Notes: generated by a model not told the origin, from the sequence alone. A DNA stretch of 53,638 bases from a virus (IMGVR_UViG_3300023174_000219:1-53638), one strand, 5' to 3'. Counted from the first letter of the stretch, positions 1-7,675 are shown. Made by a program: numbers and translations.

Positions 1-2
1 CA

Positions 3-356
3 GATGGTGATGACAACTGGCTTGTATATAAATATGAGACTGCTTGGTCACCTGCTGTAACTATTCTAACTAAACTATCTAATCTTGTTCCTAACTGCTT
101 GCTCACATTAGAGTATGAAGAAGAAACAGGCTGGGGTGGGGAATATGAGATTGTCCGTGGTGAAGTAAAAGAAATCATGGACTATGAGAATCGTTGCTAT
201 GCATGTCAGTCATTTAATACATTAGATTATTGTGAAGATGGATGTGGTGAATTCTGCTCTGAATGTAACCAAGGCTCTTGGCAAGATGAAGAGGCAATGG
301 CAAAATGTCAGACCCACATGGTACTATTGGAAACTACAGAAAAGGTGGAAGCATAA
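3..356 (+). CDS. 5'-truncated protein, YubB/DUF1281 ferredoxin-like C-terminal domain followed by Cys-rich tail
   Basis: Frame is open from base 3: ...YKYETAWSPAVTILTKLSNLVPNCLLTLEYEEETGWGGE matches the TAWSP...L.Y.E pattern; tail has CxxC and CxxxCxxxCxxC. Confidence 0.6.
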   Translation, partial: DGDDNWLVYKYETAWSPAVTILTKLSNLVPNCLLTLEYEEETGWGGEYEIVRGEVKEIMDYENRCYACQSFNTLDYCEDGCGEFCSECNQGSWQDEEAMAKCQTHMVLLETTEKVEA

Positions 357-574
357 TGGCTAGTTTTTTAGAAGATGTAAATCAAATGGTTATAGATGCT
401 GTTATCTCAGATATAAGCGAAGCGCTATTTGACGATTGGATGAATGCTAATTTAGACGAAGGTCAATATTATGCAGACAAACGATTTGCTGAAATGTCAG
501 GAGATAAATTCATTATGGATGAATTTAATAAGTTTTATAATCTTAAAGAGGAAGATGAGGATTACCAATGCTAG
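356..574 (+). CDS. acidic hypothetical phage protein
   Basis: ATG at 356 overlaps upstream TAA (TAATG), preceded by AAGGTGG; shorter than the ORF-track call. Confidence 0.7.
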   Translation: MASFLEDVNQMVIDAVISDISEALFDDWMNANLDEGQYYADKRFAEMSGDKFIMDEFNKFYNLKEEDEDYQC

Positions 575-741
575 GTTATACAGTAGATGATTTAGATAGA
601 ATGATTAATGCTATACATGATGCTAAGTTATTCTATCTCCGTTCCCCGTCCGATTTAATGGACAAGGCACCATTAAAGAAAGACCTTGAAGATGCAGTTA
701 GTTTCATGCAAGGCTTATGGGCGGAGGGTTATTTTGACTAA
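568..741 (+). CDS. 57-aa hypothetical protein (not in ORF track)
   Basis: GAGG RBS, ATG 568, MLGYTVDDLDRMINAIHDAKLFYLRSPSDLMDKAPLKKDLEDAVSFMQGLWAEGYFD; fills the gap between neighbours. Confidence 0.7.
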   Translation: MLGYTVDDLDRMINAIHDAKLFYLRSPSDLMDKAPLKKDLEDAVSFMQGLWAEGYFD

Positions 742-964
742 ATCCTCAGCTTTCCTAGAGTATATGAAGATACACAAGATTAGTTTAGAACAAGATAAGT
801 TTAAGGTATTTGACCAAATGCTAGAATACGAGGAGGAGGAGTCAAATGAATTTAGGGCTCTTGACTATGAGTATAATAATTTAGCAGGACAAATTGAGGC
901 AACAGAACATTTGTTGTCAGTGGCTACTGATATAATGAACTCTTCTAACGAAAGGTATGAATAA
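734..964 (+). CDS. hypothetical coiled-coil protein
   Basis: GGAGG RBS then TTG 734 (MTKSSAFLEYMKIHK...), overlapping upstream stop. Confidence 0.65.
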   Translation: MTKSSAFLEYMKIHKISLEQDKFKVFDQMLEYEEEESNEFRALDYEYNNLAGQIEATEHLLSVATDIMNSSNERYE

Positions 965-1242
965 TGAATGCAGAAGATATTGGGCTACCGCCCCATTTGC
1001 AACGTATGGTTAATGCAGGTTGTACTGGATTAGATATAATGCACGGAGAACTAAAGAATCTAATGTTAATTGCTGAGCAAGAACTGACACATGCCCAAGA
1101 AGTTGAAGATGAAACTGAAGAAGCAATAGATTCAATGGAACGCAAGTACTGGGAAGGTGTCCTAGATACTTATGGACAATTATATAAACTAACATATGAT
1201 TTATCATTTGCGATTGACGAAAAGGAGAAGCAAAATGTATAA
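964..1242 (+). CDS. hypothetical helical protein
   Basis: TAATG coupling, 92 aa. Confidence 0.75.
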   Translation: MNAEDIGLPPHLQRMVNAGCTGLDIMHGELKNLMLIAEQELTHAQEVEDETEEAIDSMERKYWEGVLDTYGQLYKLTYDLSFAIDEKEKQNV

Positions 1243-1453
1243 TCCTAGTCTAGAAATTCTAGAAGTAAATTATTCAGTATCCCCAGGAGGTGTTGATGAG
1301 TTTGAAGTCTATAGTCTTGATGAACGTGATAGTTTTGACCCTCCGATTTTTAGTACTACCAGTCTTCACGAAGCCGTCCAGTACTGCTACGACCTCGGAA
1401 GAGACTTTGTCGTCAGAACATTTGCGGAATGGGAAGCGAGAGAATTAGCATGA
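1235..1453 (+). CDS. hypothetical protein
   Basis: AAGGAG RBS before ATG 1235 (MYNPSLEILEV...). Confidence 0.7.
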   Translation: MYNPSLEILEVNYSVSPGGVDEFEVYSLDERDSFDPPIFSTTSLHEAVQYCYDLGRDFVVRTFAEWEARELA

Positions 1454-1764
1454 AACCACAAGATAAAGAGAAGTTGAATGCATGTTTAGAAATTTTAGAT
1501 TCAACAGATCTAGGACTGTCCATGGTCTGGCTATGGACATGGAGCACAATTAAAAATTTTATGAGTGATGAGACATTCATAATGAAATGCTCTGAGCAAG
1601 ACATGTGGGACCACCTGTGTGAGGCTGTAGAAGCAGGTCACGGGTTCTCTCTGGAGTACGGGGCAGAACAACATCATGATGATGTTATGGAGTGGATGTT
1701 AAATAGAGATTATATGGTCGACTCTATGTTTGAAGAAGAGGAAGACGAAGATGAAGATGAGTGA
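1450..1764 (+). CDS. hypothetical protein with acidic C-terminus
   Basis: ATG 1450 overlapping upstream stop region; ends FEEEEDEDEDE. Confidence 0.7.
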   Translation: MKPQDKEKLNACLEILDSTDLGLSMVWLWTWSTIKNFMSDETFIMKCSEQDMWDHLCEAVEAGHGFSLEYGAEQHHDDVMEWMLNRDYMVDSMFEEEEDEDEDE

Positions 1765-1903
1765 TCAGTACGTAGACTCAGTCCTCGCAGAGGCCCAACG
1801 GCTTCTGTGGGGTGGGTCCGAAACAGAGAACATCCAAGCTCACAATCTTATATCTAAACTAATTAGAGATAGGATGCAGGATTCCGAACCAGGGGCAGAA
1901 TGA
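1757..1903 (+). CDS. 48-aa hypothetical protein (not in ORF track)
   Basis: ATG 1757 overlapping upstream gene end; MSDQYVDSVLAEAQRLLWGGSETENIQAHNLISKLIRDRMQDSEPGAE. Confidence 0.55.
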   Translation: MSDQYVDSVLAEAQRLLWGGSETENIQAHNLISKLIRDRMQDSEPGAE

Positions 1904-1940
1904 CCTGGTTACGGGGACAATTAAATATAGGCGGAACCTA

Positions 1941-1969
1941 TTTACAAATCCGTAAATAGTTGATATAAT
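1941..1969 (+). promoter_or_regulatory. sigma70/SigA-type promoter for the Lsr2-like gene
   Basis: TTTACA(1941-1946)-N17-TATAAT(1964-1969) with TG extended -10. Confidence 0.75.
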
Positions 1970-1995
1970 AAATATGATCATCGAAAGGATCTAAA

Positions 1996-2145
1996 ATGAC
2001 AACAAAGCGTGAATATCTAAAGCAGCAAGGCATCACAGTAGGTGCCCGTGGACGTTTCTCAGGTGCAGCTAAGACAGCTCTCCAGGAGGCGGTAAATAAG
2101 GGTGTAGTCTTCACACCAGAAAAGCCTGCACAAAAGGCTAAGTAA
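1996..2145 (+). CDS. Lsr2-like DNA-binding protein, C-terminal AT-hook domain only (49 aa, not in ORF track)
   Basis: GAAAGG RBS; MTTKREYLKQQGITVGARGRFSGAAKTALQEAVNKG matches Lsr2 pattern IREWAxxxGxxVxxRGRI. Confidence 0.8.
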   Translation: MTTKREYLKQQGITVGARGRFSGAAKTALQEAVNKGVVFTPEKPAQKAK

Positions 2146-2152
2146 ATAGATC

Positions 2153-2186
2153 GGAGGGGCTGGCAGGGGAACTTGCCAGCCTTCTC
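2153..2186 (+). terminator. GC-rich hairpin after the Lsr2-like gene
   Basis: GGAGGGGCTGGCAG...TTGCCAGCCTTCTCC inverted repeat; no clear U-tract. Confidence 0.5.
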
Positions 2187-2227
2187 CCCAATGTGGTAGA
2201 ATTCAAGGTTACAGAAAGGCGGAGACC

Positions 2228-2509
2228 ATGAGTAAAGAACTAAAAGTAGGCGAAGCCATTGCAAATGCAGTTGAGGACCATTGGTTCAATCCAGCAACAA
2301 TTGGTAGATATCTAGCAGAACAACCATATTATACCATTGACAGAGTTTTGGAAATGGTTACATGGATTATTGAGAAGCAAGCACGGCGACATGAATTGGA
2401 GTCGGCAGCGGGGAACTCCTCAGAAGGCCTATTCCTTGCATATGAACTAGATAAACATATAGACAAACTCAAGAAACAATATATCTTGGATAACATCAAG
2501 TTACCATAG
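2228..2509 (+). CDS. hypothetical protein
   Basis: GGAG RBS, 93 aa, last + strand gene before the convergence zone. Confidence 0.75.
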   Translation: MSKELKVGEAIANAVEDHWFNPATIGRYLAEQPYYTIDRVLEMVTWIIEKQARRHELESAAGNSSEGLFLAYELDKHIDKLKKQYILDNIKLP

Positions 2510-2574
2510 ATTGAATATAATATATCAAACCGAACAGATTTAACTATCTTAGTATTACTTTGATATAGCCCAAA

Positions 2575-2618
2575 TTATCCACAGGTTTATCCACAGCCTG
2601 TGGATTTTTTGTGGAAAA
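2575..2618. promoter_or_regulatory. cluster of four DnaA boxes
   Basis: TTATCCACA 2575-2583 and 2587-2595; inverted TGTGGATTT 2599-2607 (2 mismatches) and TGTGGAAAA 2610-2618 (= TTTTCCACA). Confidence 0.7.
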
Positions 2619-3066
2619 ATTAAGGGCAGGATTCGCCCTTTACGACAGCATGTAAAAAATCCCTGAAATTTCTGCAGAATGCAGTATATTTAATCTATTA
2701 TTATATAGAAATGTCGACAAATCTATATATATCTATGTCGAATTGTGGGCAAATTTTCCCCTTTACGGGGACATATTTTAAATCCTGGAAGCTCCAAAAT
2801 GTCGACAAAATGCTTGACAAATCCGCATGTATATGCATGCATATTAAATTGGCGCAAATGGTTGACATTACGTCTCATATAATGGTATGCTCAATTACAC
2901 ATATAACTATTTATCGACAAATCAATAATTAATTGAATAGTATCTATAGTATAAATTCTCCACTTTGCTCCACTTTACTCCATAGAATAAGCCTTCTAAG
3001 GGGGTTTTAAGCCATGTTTATGGGAGGGGGGATACTAGGATATGGCTCCATATATGTAGGCTTGGC

Positions 3067-3333
3067 CTACATAACTCCGTATCGGTCATCATCTTGCAGT
3101 ATTTCTTGAAGCAAGTTAGTAGGCATATCATGACCTTGTTTGGAGTGAGCTTTCAAATGTCTGGCAAGATCGATATCATTGTCTATTTTAACATTATCCA
3201 AGAATAGGGAATACGCAGTATCCTTGGAATACTCCTCTTTGTTCTCATTTAGCCAGCATGCACAACATTCTATATATCCATCTATATGGGGATATATGTA
3301 TATATCGCTATTGGTAAATCTGCTATATGCCAT
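3067..3333 (-). CDS. hypothetical protein with CCxC and HxxxH motifs
   Basis: MAYSRF...IECCACWL...HLKAHSKQGH. Confidence 0.7.
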   Translation of the reverse strand: MAYSRFTNSDIYIYPHIDGYIECCACWLNENKEEYSKDTAYSLFLDNVKIDNDIDLARHLKAHSKQGHDMPTNLLQEILQDDDRYGVM

Positions 3334-3345
3334 TGGTTCCCCGCC

Positions 3346-3639
3346 CTATTTGTGGGGATTCTGTATTTGAAGTTCTAAATCAGAATCTGAATATTCTAGT
3401 TGACTAGGATTATGTTTAATTGGATTGACTGGTTCTTTAGACCAATGTATATAAGATCTAATATAAACTGCTGCATAGGCAAGGGCAGAGAATATGAAGC
3501 CATATTGGTCTGTAATTAGGGCATATGTTATCCATAGACACTCATTAAATAATAGGACAAACCATCCCCATTTATCTTTTCTTCCGACAAAATATATTCC
3601 TGCTACGCCGATTATAGCAAGGATCCAGGACCACATCAT
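3346..3639 (-). CDS. short PnuC-like membrane protein (about 3 TM helices)
   Basis: WSWILAIIGVAGIYFVGRKDKWGWFVLLFNECLWITYALITDQYG: half-PnuC pattern. Confidence 0.6.
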   Translation of the reverse strand: MMWSWILAIIGVAGIYFVGRKDKWGWFVLLFNECLWITYALITDQYGFIFSALAYAAVYIRSYIHWSKEPVNPIKHNPSQLEYSDSDLELQIQNPHK

Positions 3640-3905
3640 TTATACATCAATCCCCACTCCATATCTCTAGTCCACAAATTGTCCCAGAGATCAGTTAAGC
3701 TTTCTTCTCCCACATCATCAAATAGGTAGGTTCTGTGCATCTCATTATAGGTATATCCATACCATAGCCCATTTTCCTGCCATGAAAGATTAGTTGTAGG
3801 CTCATTCATTGCCCTATCCACTTCATCATAAAAGTGGACTTCGGCAAAGATTGCCTCTCTTAATCTATCTGACTTAAATAACACATTTACTAGCCAATCG
3901 ATCAT
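3636..3905 (-). CDS. hypothetical protein
   Basis: AAGGAG RBS, 89 aa. Confidence 0.7.
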   Translation of the reverse strand: MIDWLVNVLFKSDRLREAIFAEVHFYDEVDRAMNEPTTNLSWQENGLWYGYTYNEMHRTYLFDDVGEESLTDLWDNLWTRDMEWGLMYK

Positions 3906-3963
3906 TTCTTCTCCTTATTGTCAGGTACTGACTGGGTGTCTCTACCGCCGCACTTTTTTCGCA

Positions 3964-4137
3964 CTAATTGCGATCAATATGTACTAGATTTAGTCTACTC
4001 TTAATATCTGACATGGTCTCATCTAATGTATCAAAATTTCCTATAATGAATCTCCAGTTAGATTCTTGTTTCTCCCATGCTGACCAAAGATATCCATCTG
4101 TGTAGGTATCTTCTACCTGTAATCCCATAATATCCAT
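3964..4137 (-). CDS. 57-aa hypothetical protein (not in ORF track)
   Basis: TAATG coupling at 4137; MDIMGLQVEDTYTDGYLWSAWEKQESNWRFIIGNF...HIDRN. Confidence 0.6.
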   Translation of the reverse strand: MDIMGLQVEDTYTDGYLWSAWEKQESNWRFIIGNFDTLDETMSDIKSRLNLVHIDRN

Positions 4138-4619
4138 TATAACTCCGCAACATTTCCATATGTATCGCCCAGATACACCTTACCTACAGTAATTGTAGTT
4201 GTGCTAGATGTATCTTGGTTTAAAAGTACACCGTCTAGTTTTGTATAGTATTGAAAGTCATACTTGCACAATACATCTTGCCACCTGCCAAAATATACTG
4301 CACCAAAGGTTATCTCGTCTTTAATGTACAGAGTCCAGTAATCAGATCCTGGCGTCTTAAATGCAACTCTTTCCTTGAAGCTTGGGTCTTTTTCATATCT
4401 GAAGTATGCGACTGACTCTGAGTTTTCATATAGGGTCTCAAGGGTATCTTCTTCTTCATCTACCCGCTCTGCTTTTTCCAGGTCGATAATATCATTGATG
4501 GCTTTAGTATAACCCTGTAGCCAATAGTCTTTATCTATGGAATCTTGATCCCTACCCTCAATACGAGCATCTCTTACTTCTCGTAGTTTACTTAAAATAT
4601 CGCTGCTATGTATTTTCAT
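4137..4619 (-). CDS. hypothetical protein
   Basis: 160-aa ORF, translationally coupled on both sides. Confidence 0.75.
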   Translation of the reverse strand: MKIHSSDILSKLREVRDARIEGRDQDSIDKDYWLQGYTKAINDIIDLEKAERVDEEEDTLETLYENSESVAYFRYEKDPSFKERVAFKTPGSDYWTLYIKDEITFGAVYFGRWQDVLCKYDFQYYTKLDGVLLNQDTSSTTTITVGKVYLGDTYGNVAEL

Positions 4620-4810
4620 GGTCGTGAGCTTCTTTCTAGATAATCAATAACATCACACTCTATATCACAAAGATCCAAGGAAATAATATCTGCAACAATA
4701 TTTGATCTAATTGAGTTCATTATTGCCCTCGTCATTTGCTGATCAATATCTAATTCAAGGTTAATATATTTAACCCAGGGCTTACGTAATGTATATGAGC
4801 CTATTTTCAT
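4616..4810 (-). CDS. hypothetical protein
   Basis: 64 aa, coupled. Confidence 0.65.
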   Translation of the reverse strand: MKIGSYTLRKPWVKYINLELDIDQQMTRAIMNSIRSNIVADIISLDLCDIECDVIDYLERSSRP

Positions 4811-4974
4811 TACAGCCCCTCATTTACATAAGACACGCTTGCAATACTGGTCATAGTAGTTGAAGGGTTAGTCTTCATTAGCTCTGCTTGCTTTCTATAA
4901 TGATCTCCACTATGAATTTCAAAGTTTTGCTTATTGACCTCTTTGTTGCACCAGGTGCATTTGTATTCTGTCAT
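4810..4974 (-). CDS. 54-aa C2H2 zinc-finger-like protein (not in ORF track)
   Basis: MTEYKCTWCNKEVNKQNFEIHSGDHY...; ATGA/TAATG overlaps with both neighbours. Confidence 0.65.
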   Translation of the reverse strand: MTEYKCTWCNKEVNKQNFEIHSGDHYRKQAELMKTNPSTTMTSIASVSYVNEGL

Positions 4975-5219
4975 CCCAATTCCTTTTCAATAGCCTGAAC
5001 TTCTCCACATGGATAAAGTTCATCATCTATCTTACAACGATACCCACGAATAGAATTTTCTGGAGTATGTCTTTTTACTACCGCTTCAAGGGCATTGCTT
5101 TGAAACCAATGCTGTCTTGCTGTATTGATTGTTATGTCACCGTTAATTAGACCATGATTTAAATACTTAGTGATTTCGTGATCTGTTTTTACCTTTTTTA
5201 ATAGTTCATCGTGTGTCAT
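4971..5219 (-). CDS. hypothetical phage protein (MTHDELL...H-x-P...C...YPC family)
   Basis: C-terminal HTP...CKID...YPCGEVQAIEKEL metal-binding-like motif. Confidence 0.7.
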   Translation of the reverse strand: MTHDELLKKVKTDHEITKYLNHGLINGDITINTARQHWFQSNALEAVVKRHTPENSIRGYRCKIDDELYPCGEVQAIEKELG

Positions 5220-5388
5220 TATCTAGGCTTTCTAAGTTGTAAATACCTTGAAAAATTGCCCAGGTAAGTGGGAATGCTAATAAAACTATAAAACTAATAC
5301 CAAATAATGGCGAAATAAAAGCAGTCACTGCCATCCCCTTAAGCATTCCTTTTGTTAAATCTTTATCATGTATCATTCTTTGCTCCAT
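5206..5388 (-). CDS. small membrane protein
   Basis: hydrophobic stretch MAVTAFISPLFGISFIVLLAFPLTWAIF. Confidence 0.6.
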   Translation of the reverse strand: MEQRMIHDKDLTKGMLKGMAVTAFISPLFGISFIVLLAFPLTWAIFQGIYNLESLDNDTR

Positions 5389-5546
5389 TCTTCACACTTG
5401 ATTTCATGAAACTGCAAAACTATTGGATCATCAACTAAGATGTTTGCTCCACAGATATTACAGGTCTTACCTGCAATAGGATCATCAAGCATTTGATTTG
5501 TCCAGTTTATTTGTTTATCATTAATCTTTTTCTGTAAACTATCCAT
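5373..5546 (-). CDS. 57-aa zinc-ribbon-like protein (not in ORF track)
   Basis: MDSLQKKIND...KTCNICGANI...FHEIKCEEWSKE; TAATG coupling. Confidence 0.6.
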   Translation of the reverse strand: MDSLQKKINDKQINWTNQMLDDPIAGKTCNICGANILVDDPIVLQFHEIKCEEWSKE

Positions 5547-5923
5547 TATTTTACCTCCGCCTTTAATATGCTAAGAATATCATTTGCTTCCGATTCCGTC
5601 AACCCTGATAGCTCATATGCTGGAAACCCAACTTTATCATCTTCATTCCAATATTCAGTTCTTTCTAAATATCTAATAGCACCATCAATTTCATGCCTTA
5701 GTTTGGCAATTAGCCATAACATGGCATCTTCTTCTGTATCAAACTTTGGGGTATCATAATGATTTCCAATATATCCATGATGGTGAGCAGAATATTTTGG
5801 CGGGTTTCCATAAGACCACATCTTCTCAATCCAAAAATGACAATCTCTATCTTTATGATGCTCTACGCTTACATATGTATACCATTTACGAGTTAAAACA
5901 GTTATTTGTTCTTCAAGCGTCAT
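5546..5923 (-). CDS. hypothetical protein
   Basis: 125 aa, HHKDRDCH motif, coupled. Confidence 0.75.
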   Translation of the reverse strand: MTLEEQITVLTRKWYTYVSVEHHKDRDCHFWIEKMWSYGNPPKYSAHHHGYIGNHYDTPKFDTEEDAMLWLIAKLRHEIDGAIRYLERTEYWNEDDKVGFPAYELSGLTESEANDILSILKAEVK

Positions 5924-6186
5924 TTAGGTTCCTTAATTGATTGTCTATCTAAACTAAAATAGTTCTCGTGATAGCCGTAAGACATTTTCTTTAGCTTCTT
6001 ATCAATAGCTCTCCACATACCCCATTCAGTATATGCTAAGCCACCTTTACAGGCTCTACTCCAATATCCGCCTTCTGCTCTTTCATACCACTTTTGAATC
6101 TCCCAGAATCTGGCTCTCTTGCCATATCTCCAGTCACGGGTAACTTTAATAATATATTTTGGTCTTTCAATTTTCTTTTTGCTCAT
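5920..6186 (-). CDS. basic Trp-rich hypothetical protein
   Basis: 88 aa, ATGA overlap. Confidence 0.7.
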   Translation of the reverse strand: MSKKKIERPKYIIKVTRDWRYGKRARFWEIQKWYERAEGGYWSRACKGGLAYTEWGMWRAIDKKLKKMSYGYHENYFSLDRQSIKEPK

Positions 6187-6662
6187 GCTAAACCCTTAAG
6201 ATGTTTTACCAATGAGGCAAAGGGCCTTCCATTGGTTTTACTAGCTAAATAAAATTTATCTTCATGCTTTCTGTCTCTATCATATTTCACCTCTACCCGC
6301 CATTCGTTGCTTGTATAGGAAGGCACTACAAACATGCCTCCCGTCCTCTGTGAGACCATTACATAGGCAAGGGGCTTGTTGGCCTTACCCTCAAACCCAG
6401 AGACTGTGTCTATGATTAAATCATCATATGGGAATGTTGCGGGATCATCTGTAAAGTAAAGATTTCTAGACTTAACCTCCAGTATATGGTTACCAATTAT
6501 AATATCCTTTTCATTGGCCGTGAAGTCTTTAATCTCTTCTTTAGTTTGAGCAAACTCTAGGTCTGGAACTATGCTTTCAATGCCCTCGCTTTTAAGTCGC
6601 ATTGAAACTACTTTATTATACTTATGCCCTTCTGACATAGCCGTCTTATAATCAAACATCAA
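6183..6662 (-). CDS. PD-(D/E)XK superfamily nuclease-like protein
   Basis: N-terminal helix then KDIIIGNHILEVKSR (D...ExK). Confidence 0.55.
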   Translation of the reverse strand: MMFDYKTAMSEGHKYNKVVSMRLKSEGIESIVPDLEFAQTKEEIKDFTANEKDIIIGNHILEVKSRNLYFTDDPATFPYDDLIIDTVSGFEGKANKPLAYVMVSQRTGGMFVVPSYTSNEWRVEVKYDRDRKHEDKFYLASKTNGRPFASLVKHLKGLA

Positions 6663-6838
6663 TTACGAACCTTTGGCTTTGGCATTCTATCTTTAATTAA
6701 AGATATCGCTATATCCAAATTACCAGTATTTTCAAACAATTCAATGAGTTGCTTACGCTCCCATGCCACCGCTTTTTGACATCCTTGGCATGGACATGCC
6801 CAGTCACCCCTGGCTGGTGTTTGTGTTGGATCCGCCAT
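6659..6838 (-). CDS. 59-aa Cys-motif protein (not in ORF track)
   Basis: MADPTQTPARGDWACPCQGCQKAVAWERKQLIELF...; GAGG RBS. Confidence 0.6.
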   Translation of the reverse strand: MADPTQTPARGDWACPCQGCQKAVAWERKQLIELFENTGNLDIAISLIKDRMPKPKVRN

Positions 6839-6980
6839 AATTATTAAACGCCTCTTCGATCTTTCTTACTAGGACTGGCCCGTTCTTGGATTCCCACTCC
6901 CGTTGTTCAGCTTCACGACGACGCTTCTTTTCTGCGCCATTTATTGTTTTGTATATAGGTACATTGAATGACATAATTCA

Positions 6981-7009
6981 ATTATATAATATTTAAATGG
7001 GCGAGTCAA
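6981..7009 (-). promoter_or_regulatory. sigma70-type promoter driving the 3-7 kb gene run
   Basis: TTGACT(7009-7004)-N17-TATAAT(6986-6981); ATG at 6974 suggests a leaderless first gene. Confidence 0.75.
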
Positions 7010-7079
7010 GGGTTTCGTCTATTGAATCGTCTATAGTTCTTGAATGTTCTTTTGAACAATTCCCGCATTCTTTACACAT
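6993..7079 (-). CDS. 28-aa Cys-rich peptide
   Basis: AAGGA RBS; MCKECGNCSKEHSRTIDDSIDETLDSPI. Confidence 0.5.
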   Translation of the reverse strand: MCKECGNCSKEHSRTIDDSIDETLDSPI

Positions 7080-7095
7080 TCTTATCCTTAAATAA

Positions 7096-7124
7096 ATATA
7101 GCCCCACTGTTTGTGAGGCTATAT
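7096..7124 (-). terminator. intrinsic terminator closing the small-peptide operon
   Basis: ATATAGCC-T-CAC...GTG-G-GGCTATAT stem followed by TTATTT on - strand. Confidence 0.6.
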
Positions 7125-7135
7125 CCAGTTTATAA

Positions 7136-7336
7136 TTAAACCTTTTTACGTCCAGTTTTCTTTGGTGGCTTTGGCGTTAGACTTGTTTCTCTACGAATAC
7201 CATGTCTATTTGTATCCACTTTAATACCAGATCTTAATCCCTGAGTAGGTCGCTTTCTTGTAGCTTCCTGACTAGTAACCGCACCAGATGCTGAACCATT
7301 TGGTGGCGGGGTCATACCAGTTCCGTCCATTGACAT
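7136..7336 (-). CDS. 66-aa disordered, basic-tailed peptide
   Basis: TAATG coupling; K/R-rich C-terminus PKPPKKTGRKKV. Confidence 0.65.
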   Translation of the reverse strand: MSMDGTGMTPPPNGSASGAVTSQEATRKRPTQGLRSGIKVDTNRHGIRRETSLTPKPPKKTGRKKV

Positions 7337-7521
7337 TAATTCATCCCAACTTGAGGAGCACTTGTAAGAGGGAATTCTCTTACTGTGCCTAGTGTGTCTT
7401 CTGACTCTGTGTTAAACATAGCAGGTGACGCAAGTTGCCCTGGAGCAACATCATAAACATTTTGGTTTGGCATTTCTACGCCCATGAAGGCTTCTGAATT
7501 ACATCCACACATAGCGCACAT
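7336..7521 (-). CDS. 61-aa peptide with N-terminal MCAMCGC metal-binding motif
   Basis: ATG 7521 lies 1 nt after the upstream stop; shorter than ORF-track call. Confidence 0.7.
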   Translation of the reverse strand: MCAMCGCNSEAFMGVEMPNQNVYDVAPGQLASPAMFNTESEDTLGTVREFPLTSAPQVGMN

Positions 7522-7522
7522 A

Positions 7523-7675
7523 TTATTTACCTGCCCCAAAATTTCTCATTGATTCAATGGTATTTACCATTGTTGCAGTTGTTCCAGATGGCCCCTGTGA
7601 AGAAACGTCTGTTGCTGGAAATGCTGCTGATAAAGCTTCTGTATATGTAGCCTCTGGCACATTATTTGTAGTCAT
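7523..7675 (-). CDS. 50-aa peptide with AFPATDVSSQG motif (not in ORF track)
   Basis: MTTNNVPEATYTEALSAAFPATDVSSQGPSGTTATMVNTIESMRNFGAGK; starts 2 nt after upstream stop. Confidence 0.7.
   Translation of the reverse strand: MTTNNVPEATYTEALSAAFPATDVSSQGPSGTTATMVNTIESMRNFGAGK

Larger units (their letters stand above)
1893..2872 (+). repeat. dispersed bipartite motif G(G/C)GCA-N11-TTACG, 4 copies
   Basis: Copies start at 1893, 2624, 2747 and 2852; TTACG begins exactly 16 nt after the first G each time. Confidence 0.7.

Noticed and set aside
1938-2264. 108-aa - strand ORF
   Set aside because: Antisense to the Lsr2-like gene, which has the promoter, RBS and recognisable motif.
1893-2872. Repeats as a mini CRISPR array
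   Set aside because: Copies are degenerate, bipartite and irregularly spaced (731, 123 and 105 bp).
2711-2932. 73-aa + strand ORF in the control region
   Set aside because: No RBS, atypical composition, and overlaps the repeat array; likely spurious.
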